Source: a virus
Lineage: Duplodnaviria > Caudoviricetes
Reading direction: 5' to 3' (one strand)
Length of the DNA stretch: 61,835 nucleotides
IMG/VR virus record: IMGVR_UViG_3300044638_003544
Coordinates: 1-61,835 of that record
The position numbers and the translations under genes are program-made. A model generated the notes under the pieces. The model was not told where the DNA came from. It made no database searches and saw nothing but the letters and a program-made list of their open reading frames with translations. Below, piece by piece: positions 33,801 to 41,730 of the stretch. The number at the start of each line of letters is the position of its first letter. The first letter of the stretch is position 1.

Positions 33801-33972
33801 TTACATTTGTTCCAAACGAGGTTGCTAATTGTTTTTTAGCAGTTAGTGCAGCTTTGTCTAAAGAATTAAATGAATTATTTAATAGAGATATTTCTCTAGC
33901 AAGACTTCTAACTTGAGCAATGGCAGGACCAAAGTCCGCATCATACTCAAAGTTTGCGTTAATATCCGCCAT
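27865..33972 (-). CDS. Tape measure protein with C-terminal M23 peptidase
   Basis: About 2035 aa, Ala/Gly-rich helical TMP core; H...D, GNY...H...YAHL, GAHLHFE (M23); start set at ATG 33972 by GGAG spacing. Confidence 0.93.
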   Translation of the reverse strand: MADINANFEYDADFGPAIAQVRSLAREISLLNNSFNSLDKAALTAKKQLATSFGTNVKSLGAFQTTMVDLSSDVDRFGEALQKNKLHMRDYFKEARRAYTEGSRVRKLAVEQVRKAQSEIVSLGKDATGRNKGMVITPLSVDTKNMTTSMNIAREQFNIFNKLVQDGSRELINWGKNTQWAGRQLTVGLTIPLTILGASLSKTFRDFDKELTRFQKVYGSDLVMTTTNASQEMRKQVELLAKDIAGKFGIAVSQTAALAADLAATGLEGQRLTSSIQQTTRLAVLGEVDRQEAMKATLALQSAFNMSTQELAESIDFLNAVENQTSVSIQDLTEAIPRTGPVIKAMGGDVKDLSVLLVAMKEGGINAAEGANAIKSGMASLINPTKQAAETARGFGIDLEGIVTRNKGKLMPTILEFQQAMMGLDEFSRAQIIEQVFGKYQFARIAALFDNLNQAGSQTVEVIKLMSATSTDLANIANQELRTLTESTSMRFQRAMESIKASLLPIGEALTRSVIPFLEKAADLFNKLVEFGSNLPEPVKNFIKLATGITAIAGPIVMITGVLANFLGYVTKGAMGIVNLGRAVMGIPTKQFELLNTEQIVALKTTDLLTSAYARQDQTLARLTSTMSAYVAALRNQAAANPGQFVPGAKGKPIKRANGGGVPGSGNTDSVPALLMPGEFVVNKAATQKYGPILNAMNQGNIKGFAKGTRLSNNDPIIRGLLQERSAPFTGIVGDIIDQIVAAFDIQNQKIINAMKQFDATHITPQVDPVTGKKVFSPPNLVAASAAENNTLSMMTKLGPGGSKGNVVAFRKSMGNAITQLVEEGFSKQELKASARSIIKGNQPIDRIGTRLYEAALMDVESRIASGDLSVAQKGKTAVPGKSVSSRVPPWIAAGRAVSSARLSGQLPLLEQLNLSGAVPAATGATTGVKKAIKAKSPAKEVQRQADQVAEIYTDSFENRLNANAKGAERAGENYGKASITGLSKARGRAASMGKSILNRGASLSGGAMGAAFALNSIGAMNEGFAKATAGLTKFTNGLFLATTAMQLAQGGVGGLGAAGGKLKSAGSATFVKGARMSIASGGTSKLGSGLMMAGRGLALLGGPVGIAALAAVTAVAAGVIAYRKAISEAREAGESMYASQTAAAEYYGITLKSVNDQMKTNADIAKNLGFGGGTSALGVDPALKKAILDQEENKKLVEQLKNTNDPAAMFLGQYGKMLQQGFTADQANEILSVLAQASGTGGQLASMAGKFRGIENQSQATAAVGMAFQETAKYGLNSGEIIGTKKANLEGQFNGVIESALLSADLGEGTKLLKDSVAVAFREGAAAGVNQSDVGSALDASIKSSLKEMGIEDGPIFDTIEKLGDSVDDTDTKLLIMQAHAAGINLNGLLKDLDLSDKEAQIVNKRLAEMDALAKIDMELDLGLDAQIASFNEVKAAETARYDNLIAKNESAKDAENKRHKNFQKNIDKQNKGLEKQIKAIREGAEEYIDALDKENKADDFRNQQRQSALGGLQSLASGDVFGFLQAQQDMASNAAQFGRTTEIDRIKEVADAAEEKLQDQIDKNKELAEGEDERHEKRLEQLDRENEKIQRNKSSTLQSIDAAIAEAEKLKALKPGEALATDMYNYLGSISDMASKLPPEAQKLVTDLASSFDKDFKKIVSGAITSAGEEYDVSGKELTDLINNSIAGIKGNAMIPNRATGGIVHGPGTKNSDSITARLSDGEYVVRASAVDEYGTDMLDQINERKFASGGYVSAQAGSSQSATALGFGVVNSNLIAKAIGNVIQTAKSEEEPGNDQGPSNAPTIANYELLGQVAKILFGSPGVTARGTYPSSGKAHSARYPGRAIDYGVGIGTSVYAMASGRKSRGYSATGFGNYATIRHNDGTESLYAHLSGYDAEPGQVRAGQRIGFSGDTGKVRGAHLHFEWSGLKPGSNPPGMREGGLTMSNGLANLHKGEAVLTSPLTADLKSGIEAMKYNVPQNNQGFVDASAISNNSVYNINVDASGTNDPRAVAKEVVKAINTQENRRNFSRKI

Positions 33973-34644
33973 GAACATCTCCTAACACTTCATAAGCTAA
34001 TCCCATGTCAGATGTTATTCCATACTCAACGGCTTTTGCCTTTGTTGTATCTCCAGTCAATCTTGCCATCGCCCTCGCTTGAATTTCTTGGAATGTTGCA
34101 GGACGACTGTCATCGTCCTGGTTGTCACTACTATTCTCCATGTCTATTCCGTTTACCATTGCTAGGAATTTATTTTTCCTATTTTCAGATTCGTACATCG
34201 CTTTTAGCGTTGCTACGAGCTCTGGCATTGATAAACTAGACTCTAGTTCATCGTAGTCTTTCCAGTGACCAAGAAGAAAAACTTCCGCCTCTAGTGCAGC
34301 GAGGTCTAGATCTGTCCAGCTAGTTCCTTCGCTGCTTCCAGCAGGTTTGGGTCGTTCAGCTTGATATCAGCAGCCACCTCCAAGATTTTGTACATTGTCT
34401 GAAGATCAAGTGCTTCTTCAAGTGCGTCTCTGTCTTCAGCAAGTGCTGGTGAAAACTGCTTAAAGGCAATTGCAGTGCAGGTAATAAGCAAGTCAAGGAA
34501 TTCATCCTCGTTTGTTGACTTTGCTGTACCTTCTGACCACACCTTCATTAGTTCTCTTAGTTTTTTCAAGCTTAGTGGCTTGACTTCCACTTTTGTTCCG
34601 TCTAATAGCTCTAGCTCGATACTTTCGTATACTGTTGTTGCCAA
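33959..34644 (-). CDS. Tail assembly chaperone, long form via -1 frameshift (gpGT-like)
   Basis: Slippery C CCA AAC at 34351-34345; the -1 frame is open (..GTSWTDLDLAALEAEVFLLGHWKDYDELESSLSMPEL..) into ORF 33959-34228. Confidence 0.8.
34306..34644 (-). CDS. Tail assembly chaperone (gpG-like)
   Basis: Between tail tube and tape measure; AGGAGG RBS, TTG start. Confidence 0.85.
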   Translation of the reverse strand: MATTVYESIELELLDGTKVEVKPLSLKKLRELMKVWSEGTAKSTNEDEFLDLLITCTAIAFKQFSPALAEDRDALEEALDLQTMYKILEVAADIKLNDPNLLEAAKELAGQI

Positions 34645-34697
34645 AACTTCCTCCTAATTGTTCTCTTTAATTATATAGTATTCTTGATATAAATGAG

Positions 34698-34725
34698 CAG
34701 GACTAGCCATTTCTGACTAGTCCTG
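34698..34725 (-). terminator. Stem-loop after the major tail gene
   Basis: CAGGACTAG / CTAGTCCTG arms; weak U-tail. Confidence 0.55.
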
Positions 34726-34747
34726 ATCACGTTTATTAAATTATGAA

Positions 34748-35446
34748 CTAAGCTTGGTTGTAAGCTCTGTCGATGATCTTGCCGTAAGAAGCATTTCCAT
34801 CTCCTGCTTCGTTTATAGACGAAGCCAGTAGACGTAGAGTTACTGGGAATACAGTAGCCTCATTTCTTCTAACGCCAACAGTTACAGTCTCCATTGAAAG
34901 AGCTCTGTATCCAACATAAACTCTTTCTACGAAGTTCTTTGTTGCTGCTGTCTTCTTTTCATCTGGTCCTGGACCAACGATAGCGATGGAGCGTTCTACT
35001 GGAGAGTATCCAAGAGCACCACCGTTAAGGTTTACTGATTGAACTGGGGAAGACATTGTTCCTGAAAGGTCCGTTGACTTTCCACCAATTGCTACCAAGA
35101 AGTTTTCAAGTGTGGCTTCTGCAAGTGTTGTATTCAACATTACTCGCTGACCCTGCTTGAAGATTTTTGCAACGTCAAGTAGCTGATCTACCTGTACTTC
35201 ACCATAATCTGGTTCGAACGATAGTTCTGCACCTTCCGATGTGTAACCTACTGAGTCCCACTTTCCTGTTGGAGCTGTTCCTGAGTAGATATCAACATTG
35301 TCTGGATCCTGAAGGGATACAGTACATGCTGCAAGAGTTGACGCTACCTTTGGTAGATCGTCTTCTGTAAGTTCTGTGTCTGTTGTATGTCCGATGTATA
35401 ATGCACCTGCACCTACAACAATATTTTTTGCGTTTCCTAGTGCCAT
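34748..35446 (-). CDS. Major tail (tube) protein
   Basis: NIVVGAGALY, VGYTSEG, V.VDQL.D, LAEATLEN motifs. Confidence 0.88.
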   Translation of the reverse strand: MALGNAKNIVVGAGALYIGHTTDTELTEDDLPKVASTLAACTVSLQDPDNVDIYSGTAPTGKWDSVGYTSEGAELSFEPDYGEVQVDQLLDVAKIFKQGQRVMLNTTLAEATLENFLVAIGGKSTDLSGTMSSPVQSVNLNGGALGYSPVERSIAIVGPGPDEKKTAATKNFVERVYVGYRALSMETVTVGVRRNEATVFPVTLRLLASSINEAGDGNASYGKIIDRAYNQA

Positions 35447-35524
35447 TTTGCACCTCCTGTCAAAGTTTGATTAAACTTTGGTTTGGTTGCTTCCTCAGAA
35501 ACAATCATACCATGTAAAATCTTA

Positions 35525-36256
35525 TTATGACTTAGTAAATTCATACGTTAAAATAAGGGAAGTTTGGAATTTTCCTGGCTCAAGGTTATCTACAGACTTC
35601 TCATCTATCATATATCCTGACTGATCACATGCAACATATTTAAAGGATATTTCTAAGTCATTTAAATGAGCATTCATGTCTTGAGCAGATACGTCAAATT
35701 TCTTCAAAATATCATAAATGTAATTTTTCACATAGAATATCTGTGGGGCAGACCCAACAATAGTTATGGTTGCCCTTTCCTTGTTAATTGGATGGAATGT
35801 TCCATTTGGCTGGACGAATAAGTAGTCATAAATTATATAGGGTAGCTTTGATGTGTCAATGCCAAGATTTTCATATACTGGGTAGAATGGAATAAGGCTA
35901 ATTTCTGCTACATTTCCAGTTGTTGATGCAACTGTTGTTCCACCAGCTGGAGCCTGAATTTTAAACTGAGTTGGACTATCTACTTGAGTTACCTTAAAAA
36001 TTTTATTATAAGTTGAATTTACTCCAGTAATGTTGCAAAGTTTATTGGCAGTCATACCATGAGCGGTATCTGTAATAATTGTAGCAACTCCAGCACTTAC
36101 AGTTATAGAAGTAATTTCTGCATTTAATCCAGTTATGCTGTATTGAGTAATATCCCATATGTCTGATCCAATAGCAGATTGACCAGTAACCTGACCAGTT
36201 GCATGATCCCAAATATACCTACATATAAGCCAAATTGGTAGCTTTGTATAATCCAC
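35525..36256 (-). CDS. Tail terminator-like protein with inserted FCCH-like domain
   Basis: Position before the tail tube; PYIIYDY; internal TAHGMT...ITGVNSTYN insert. Confidence 0.6.
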   Translation of the reverse strand: MDYTKLPIWLICRYIWDHATGQVTGQSAIGSDIWDITQYSITGLNAEITSITVSAGVATIITDTAHGMTANKLCNITGVNSTYNKIFKVTQVDSPTQFKIQAPAGGTTVASTTGNVAEISLIPFYPVYENLGIDTSKLPYIIYDYLFVQPNGTFHPINKERATITIVGSAPQIFYVKNYIYDILKKFDVSAQDMNAHLNDLEISFKYVACDQSGYMIDEKSVDNLEPGKFQTSLILTYEFTKS

Positions 36257-36975
36257 TATAGACTCCTCACAATTTTACTAGAAGATGCTGCTGCTAAGTT
36301 TGCCATATTTGTTATTTCGCCCTTGCTAATTCTTCTAAGAGCAATTCTTGATTCGTTTTGAATGCCCTTCTCTATTCTACTAAAGAATTCCATATCTTGT
36401 AGGGCTACATTTACCATAGTAGACATAAACTGATTGAAAATTTTTACAAATGATCCCTGTACATAATCTCCTCCAGGATTTTGAACTACTACCTTTTGTG
36501 AAGATACAATATTACCGTCTATTTCAAATACCAATCTTTTAGCATTTTTTGGAGTAATTGTTACTGGAAGCCCTTCCTCCATAATAAAAGCCTTGTTCCT
36601 AAAAACATATCCACTTTTCCCTGGAACCCTAGACTCTTTAAATCTGTATGTTAATACTGGTTTTCCTGAGCTAGAAATGGATGCTTCAAATAGTCTTGCA
36701 GCCTTGTCGCCAGTCCTTCCTGGCTCATAAACGTGATGTAATGAATCAGGTCTTGATCTTGCTGCATTATCTACATAGGCTTCAAAGTAGTTCATTATAT
36801 ACCTGAGACCAGCAACCTGTATTCTTTTCTTATCTTCACCATGAATTCTATTTAATAGTTCTAGTTGAAACTTTGCAGTTGCAGCAATCTTAGAACCAAT
36901 ATCTCCAGTTTTAAAGGTTTTCGTTTTAGATTTTTTTATTGCAACATTAAGAGCTGAGGTATCTACTCTTGACAT
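36256..36975 (-). CDS. Neck / head-tail completion protein
   Basis: LHHVYE, F.NKA.IMEEG.PV.I.PK; position in the connector cluster. Confidence 0.6.
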   Translation of the reverse strand: MSRVDTSALNVAIKKSKTKTFKTGDIGSKIAATAKFQLELLNRIHGEDKKRIQVAGLRYIMNYFEAYVDNAARSRPDSLHHVYEPGRTGDKAARLFEASISSSGKPVLTYRFKESRVPGKSGYVFRNKAFIMEEGLPVTITPKNAKRLVFEIDGNIVSSQKVVVQNPGGDYVQGSFVKIFNQFMSTMVNVALQDMEFFSRIEKGIQNESRIALRRISKGEITNMANLAAASSSKIVRSL

Positions 36976-37424
36976 TATTGAATCACCAGAGACTGAATAT
37001 CCTGTCTTTGCAAAATTGTTTCATATTCAATAACATGACCTAAATGATCCATTATTGGTGTGCTTCCACGAGGTTCAAATATTGTTGCCCCATTTGCACC
37101 ACCTGCAGATCCAATTCCAGTTAAACCAGATTCTTTCCAAATAACTTCTGTGTCGTTTTTAATGTTTGTTACTCTTACTGAGCTGTCAATCGGAGTTTTA
37201 CTTCTAAACTTTACAAGTCCAGTGATAACATTTAAATAGTTTTTTACTTCAACTGTATTAGAATTGTCTCCTAAGCCACTACGGACAACACCCTTAGCCA
37301 AACAACTAATAGTTGATGTATTTACCCATGTTTTTTGAACAGCACCTGAGTTTGCGTCCTGTGTCATCGTAGCGGTATATAGATCTGCTGTCATTGTGTA
37401 TGCTGTTCCAACGATACATGTCAT
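36975..37424 (-). CDS. Head closure (stopper) protein
   Basis: Q...GA..K.W motif; position after the adaptor. Confidence 0.65.
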   Translation of the reverse strand: MTCIVGTAYTMTADLYTATMTQDANSGAVQKTWVNTSTISCLAKGVVRSGLGDNSNTVEVKNYLNVITGLVKFRSKTPIDSSVRVTNIKNDTEVIWKESGLTGIGSAGGANGATIFEPRGSTPIMDHLGHVIEYETILQRQDIQSLVIQ

Positions 37425-38351
37425 TTAGATCACCATTAAATCAAATCGTTTGTAATCCTGTAGGAATGAATCTACTAGTAGGTTTCCCGATCCCAATGAT
37501 ATTGAATCCGAATACTGAATATCAAAGGATTCGTTCTTTACAGACTTGAGTCCCTTATTTCTATAATTAAAATCTGCACATCTTAAGTCTTCTACTATAA
37601 GAATGGCTGCTTCTCTAATGTCTTCTGGAACATACTTCCATCCAAATTCTCCACGAACTAGGTATGTGCTGTTCTTTTCAAAAACTCCATACGGATCTAG
37701 AATTCTAAATGGCGTAGATTCTGAAACATTTGTTCCAACATCATATACTTTTAAGTGATACTTGCTTTTTGATACTGATACTGGATAATCTAATAAGTTA
37801 ATTTCTGGATCTGCTGTTACGTCATATACAATTTCGTCATCTTTAACAATCTTGTCATATGTTTCAATTCTTTCACCAATGTAAAGGGTGTCTGCGTTTT
37901 GACCATATGTTAGGATGCTTTTGTATTCAAAATTAAACTTATCATTTGTTATCTTATTAATTAAAAATCTTGCTCGTTTTTCGAGTCTTTCTAGGTCTGA
38001 TCTTTTTATTTGACCAGAGCCAGTTGGGGTGGAGCTAATAGTTAAGCCAAGCTCTGAGGCTAATTCATCAATATTACAGTATGGTCTAACTAGTGATGCA
38101 AAAAGAATATCTTCTGAGTAAGATCCTGCATCCACAATCTGTAAATCAATTTGTAGTTTTCTATCATATGCTGTAATATCTGATGGGATATCAATAGAAA
38201 AATTTACCCCAGAAATTAAAGTTGCCTCATCTGCAAAGAGAACCTCATTAAAATCTAAGTCTGTGATAGTATAAACAACAGAGTCAGTACCTGCTGGGGC
38301 AGTATATGTAATACTTAGTTCTTCCCCATCGGTTCTGAGGTATTCCTTCAT
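37425..38351 (-). CDS. Head-tail adaptor
   Basis: PYCNIDEL, G.FGW..VP.DI.EAA motifs. Confidence 0.75.
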   Translation of the reverse strand: MKEYLRTDGEELSITYTAPAGTDSVVYTITDLDFNEVLFADEATLISGVNFSIDIPSDITAYDRKLQIDLQIVDAGSYSEDILFASLVRPYCNIDELASELGLTISSTPTGSGQIKRSDLERLEKRARFLINKITNDKFNFEYKSILTYGQNADTLYIGERIETYDKIVKDDEIVYDVTADPEINLLDYPVSVSKSKYHLKVYDVGTNVSESTPFRILDPYGVFEKNSTYLVRGEFGWKYVPEDIREAAILIVEDLRCADFNYRNKGLKSVKNESFDIQYSDSISLGSGNLLVDSFLQDYKRFDLMVI

Positions 38352-38352
38352 T

Positions 38353-38775
38353 TTATAAATCTACTCCATAAAAGAACGCAAGTTCTTCTGGCGTAGCCTC
38401 CCTTACTTCTTCTTTTGCTCTTCTAATTATATCGTCAGCTTGTGCTTTTGATAACAACTTAAAAGGCTCTTCAAATGTGAATACTATTCCGTTTCCAACA
38501 TTTAAAGCACCTCTTGGGTGAACCATCTTTAACAAAACTTTTTCTTGTTTCTTTTCAGTAGGCTCTTCTTTAGTTAAAACCTCTACCTGAGTCTCTGTTT
38601 TATCTGCTTCTTTATAGTCAAAGGCTTTATCAATGGCATCAAGGATTTCTTGATCAGATAAACCAGTTTCTTTAATGGCATTTAAGAGCTCAATCTTTTT
38701 TGAATTCTTTTGTGTTTCAATTCCTAAAACTTTACAAATAGATTTTAGTTCAAATACTGATTTTTTATCAAACAT
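38353..38775 (-). CDS. Hypothetical protein with Rho-N/HeH-like N-terminus
   Basis: KSVFELKSICKVLGI...KKIELL; C-terminal REATPEE. Confidence 0.55.
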   Translation of the reverse strand: MFDKKSVFELKSICKVLGIETQKNSKKIELLNAIKETGLSDQEILDAIDKAFDYKEADKTETQVEVLTKEEPTEKKQEKVLLKMVHPRGALNVGNGIVFTFEEPFKLLSKAQADDIIRRAKEEVREATPEELAFFYGVDL

Positions 38776-38817
38776 TTATAAATCCTCCTAGACTAATTAT
38801 ACCTCAATAAATGATGA

Positions 38818-38843
38818 AAGGGTCGCAGTTTCCTGCGACCCTT
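38818..38843 (-). terminator. Terminator after the capsid gene
   Basis: 11-bp stem AAGGGTCGCAG/CTGCGACCCTT, GAAA loop on the minus strand. Confidence 0.75.
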
Positions 38844-38857
38844 CCAACGGTTATAGA

Positions 38858-39910
38858 TTAAGCTGTACGCACTGCATATGCAATAGCGGACTTCTCTTCT
38901 AGAGCTACACCCATACGGACGTATACTGTGTACTCTACGGTATCCTTCTTAGGCTTGAACTCACGGTGAACCGTGACATCACGCTGGAAGCCCCAAATAC
39001 GGTTGCTTGGCAATGTCAAGTCAACGAAGTTATCTGGGTACAAAGGTACTTCAAGTACTGGCAATCCAAAGATCATGTATTGTGCTCCTGCTGGACCACC
39101 GATCTGTGGAAGAACGCCATCAATTACACGGGTTGCAACCTGCTCAGGTACTGAACCAACACTGCGAAGTGCTGAGATCAATTCCTGAAGATGCTTGCTA
39201 TTCATGTAGAACTTTAGGTCCTGACGGCGAGCCTTGAACTTACGAGGTAGTGCATTGTACACTGCTTCGATAGCTTCAAGAGACAGAGTTGCAACAGATC
39301 CATCACCTGAATCTGGAGTTGCCTCCCAGATGCTTGTCATAGTTGCAGCAGCTGCTGCAGCTTCGTGAGCACCTGTGTAAGATGTGTCTAGAGTCTGACG
39401 AATGAAACCTGCCAATGTGTTATTGTAGGTACCATCGCCTGATGTTGCTGGACGACCATTGATAGCAATGTCCTCAAGATCGTTACCGAACTGAGTTGCC
39501 ATCAATCTTACAATGTGATCTTCAAGTTGCTGACCTTCAATGTTGTCCTCAAGGGATTCTGTCGAAAGTTCGTAATCTAGACGGAACTTAGTTGTTGTAA
39601 GTTCGATCTTTGTAAATGCTGGAGCTGCGTTGGATCCTGTCTGCTCTGCCTGAGTTGCCTTAGCAACCAAACGTGAACCTACACGAACCTTGTCTACTTC
39701 CATTGTGTTAGCTCTCATAACTACTCTACGACCATCATTGGCGAGAACCATCTCGTCAAAAATATAGTCGATAAATTGGCGGGATTGTTCTGGATTTAGA
39801 ACACCACCTGCGTCACCTGAGTTACCTTCGGCAGTCATATTGCCTGGGGATTCCAATGGAGATAGAACTGTACCGCTAGCTGCAGCCTTTTCTAAAATAT
39901 TGTCGCTCAT
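38858..39910 (-). CDS. Major capsid protein (HK97 fold)
   Basis: GGVLNPEQ..FI, ELSTESLEDNIEG, GNDLEDIAING, G.PV.EVP. Confidence 0.92.
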   Translation of the reverse strand: MSDNILEKAAASGTVLSPLESPGNMTAEGNSGDAGGVLNPEQSRQFIDYIFDEMVLANDGRRVVMRANTMEVDKVRVGSRLVAKATQAEQTGSNAAPAFTKIELTTTKFRLDYELSTESLEDNIEGQQLEDHIVRLMATQFGNDLEDIAINGRPATSGDGTYNNTLAGFIRQTLDTSYTGAHEAAAAAATMTSIWEATPDSGDGSVATLSLEAIEAVYNALPRKFKARRQDLKFYMNSKHLQELISALRSVGSVPEQVATRVIDGVLPQIGGPAGAQYMIFGLPVLEVPLYPDNFVDLTLPSNRIWGFQRDVTVHREFKPKKDTVEYTVYVRMGVALEEKSAIAYAVRTA

Positions 39911-39935
39911 ATTATTTTTTCACCCACTTTTCCTT

Positions 39936-41690
39936 TTAAATTATTTCTGCGGTGCCGAGGAAGCGTCCGCCCCAAGTTGATTGGGTTTTAGTGATTGTCT
40001 TATCTGATGATTCACCAAGTTCACCAGACTTCTTTACTGCAGTATCTGCCTCTACAGACTCTACTCTTCCTGAGAGAGTTGAGAGTACTTCTGAGATTCC
40101 TGCAAGAGCTTTATTAACCTCTGCGTATCCGCTTTCAACTTCTGCAATCTTGTCACCAAGAGCCTTTGTTACTTCTGCTACTGTTCCAGCTACTGCTGTT
40201 ACAGACTCAACATTTGTTACTGTGCTCTTTGCAACGATTTCCTCTACAAAAGTCTTAACTTCGTTAAGGGCTTTCTCCAAGTCAGATGCCTCACCATTTT
40301 CGGTGGAAGCGTCTGCCTCTGCTACATCTTCTGATGCAGCTTCTTCGACTGTTTCGATAGCTTCTTCTTCAGTTGTTTCTTCTACTACATCGGACTTTTC
40401 AACTGCTTCTACAGATTCTTCTGCTTCAACTGCTTCAACTTCTTCAATAACTTCATCAACAACTACTTCTTCTACTACATCTGTAGTAGTTTCAATGTTT
40501 TCAGCCACTTCAACACCTCCTTCGTTGTTTTGGTTGGCAACTGACTGAGTATCAGTCTCAATTGCCTTATTTACTACCTCATTGGATAGTAAAACTTTTG
40601 TTGGAATACCGAAAACTTTCTTCACCTTTGTGCTCCATGCTCTCAAGGTATTCATTCTATGTCCCACTCTAATATCTGTTGGTTTCCAAGAACCGTTAGA
40701 CTCCTGATAAACTGTAATTGCTACAGCAGGATTTTCAGGAGTAGCGGTGATTGTTACGCTTGAATTAGGCACAACAACTTTACCACTAGTTACTATTCTT
40801 GTAATTTTACCACGAGCTGTTCCTCCAGATGAACCCCATTGTACAAAATCGCCAACATTAAATTTTCTTTTATTTAGGTCATCCTCATCAGCGTCAGTTT
40901 GAATGTCTGACATCTCTTCATTTTGCTCTGGATACTTGTTTGGAGTATCTTCATTTGTTACAACATTTGCTGCTTTTACCATTGCAAAAACTGCCTTAGC
41001 TGTTGAAGAATCATCTACCTCGTCAACCCAGCCAATGGTGTTTAAATCGCAATTGCAATTTGCACACTTGTGAGTTTCTTCGGATCCAGTATAGGCTAGA
41101 TTATCTGCCTCACACCAAAATACATTTTGGATATTTGACTTATTAAAAATTCCATCAGCAACATTGCCATGATCTGTTTTTTGAATAGAAAAAATATTTG
41201 CTAGTTGATTTGCTGGGGAATCAACTAGTGATAATTCTACTAGATCATAGTCTTTAATTATTCTAACTGTTTTTTGTGATTCTGCATCAAGTACTGGTTC
41301 TGAGTCTTTTACATTTCCGCCAACTGAAAATCCAGTAAGCGTACCATCTAGGACCATTTCCCAAATATTATCTGCACCCTTTGAAATATAAGCATCAACG
41401 TACACACCACTATATTGCTTGTTTGTTTCCATATCAAAAAAGGTTTCTGTTCTAAAGTTTACAACTTTTCCTGCTGGAATTGGCTGGTGCATTAATCGCA
41501 CATTTCCTCTAAAGCTTTCAAATGCTTTACGAGATGCTTCGGATGTAATCCTGTCTCCTTGACGATCAACATTGTCAAGTGTTGCAAACCCAGATACGAT
41601 TCTCTTTTCTACGTCTACCTTTGAGATAGGCATGGTCAATGTGATTTGTTGACCATTGGTAGTAAGAGAAGCTTTTTGTAAATCTACCAT
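39936..41690 (-). CDS. Prohead protease fused to Tudor-like domain and acidic scaffold
   Basis: RLMHQ, GFSVGG, ELSLVDSPAN; FNVGDFVQW.SSGG.ARGKI domain; Glu-rich coiled-coil tail. Confidence 0.9.
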   Translation of the reverse strand: MVDLQKASLTTNGQQITLTMPISKVDVEKRIVSGFATLDNVDRQGDRITSEASRKAFESFRGNVRLMHQPIPAGKVVNFRTETFFDMETNKQYSGVYVDAYISKGADNIWEMVLDGTLTGFSVGGNVKDSEPVLDAESQKTVRIIKDYDLVELSLVDSPANQLANIFSIQKTDHGNVADGIFNKSNIQNVFWCEADNLAYTGSEETHKCANCNCDLNTIGWVDEVDDSSTAKAVFAMVKAANVVTNEDTPNKYPEQNEEMSDIQTDADEDDLNKRKFNVGDFVQWGSSGGTARGKITRIVTSGKVVVPNSSVTITATPENPAVAITVYQESNGSWKPTDIRVGHRMNTLRAWSTKVKKVFGIPTKVLLSNEVVNKAIETDTQSVANQNNEGGVEVAENIETTTDVVEEVVVDEVIEEVEAVEAEESVEAVEKSDVVEETTEEEAIETVEEAASEDVAEADASTENGEASDLEKALNEVKTFVEEIVAKSTVTNVESVTAVAGTVAEVTKALGDKIAEVESGYAEVNKALAGISEVLSTLSGRVESVEADTAVKKSGELGESSDKTITKTQSTWGGRFLGTAEII

Positions 41691-41730
41691 AGCATTTCAA
41701 TTATATAACACTTTTCTTATTATAGTGTTA

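Noticed and set aside
39952-40548. 198-aa plus-strand Ser/Thr-rich ORF
   Set aside because: Antisense shadow of the Glu/Val/Ala-rich scaffold region; no RBS.
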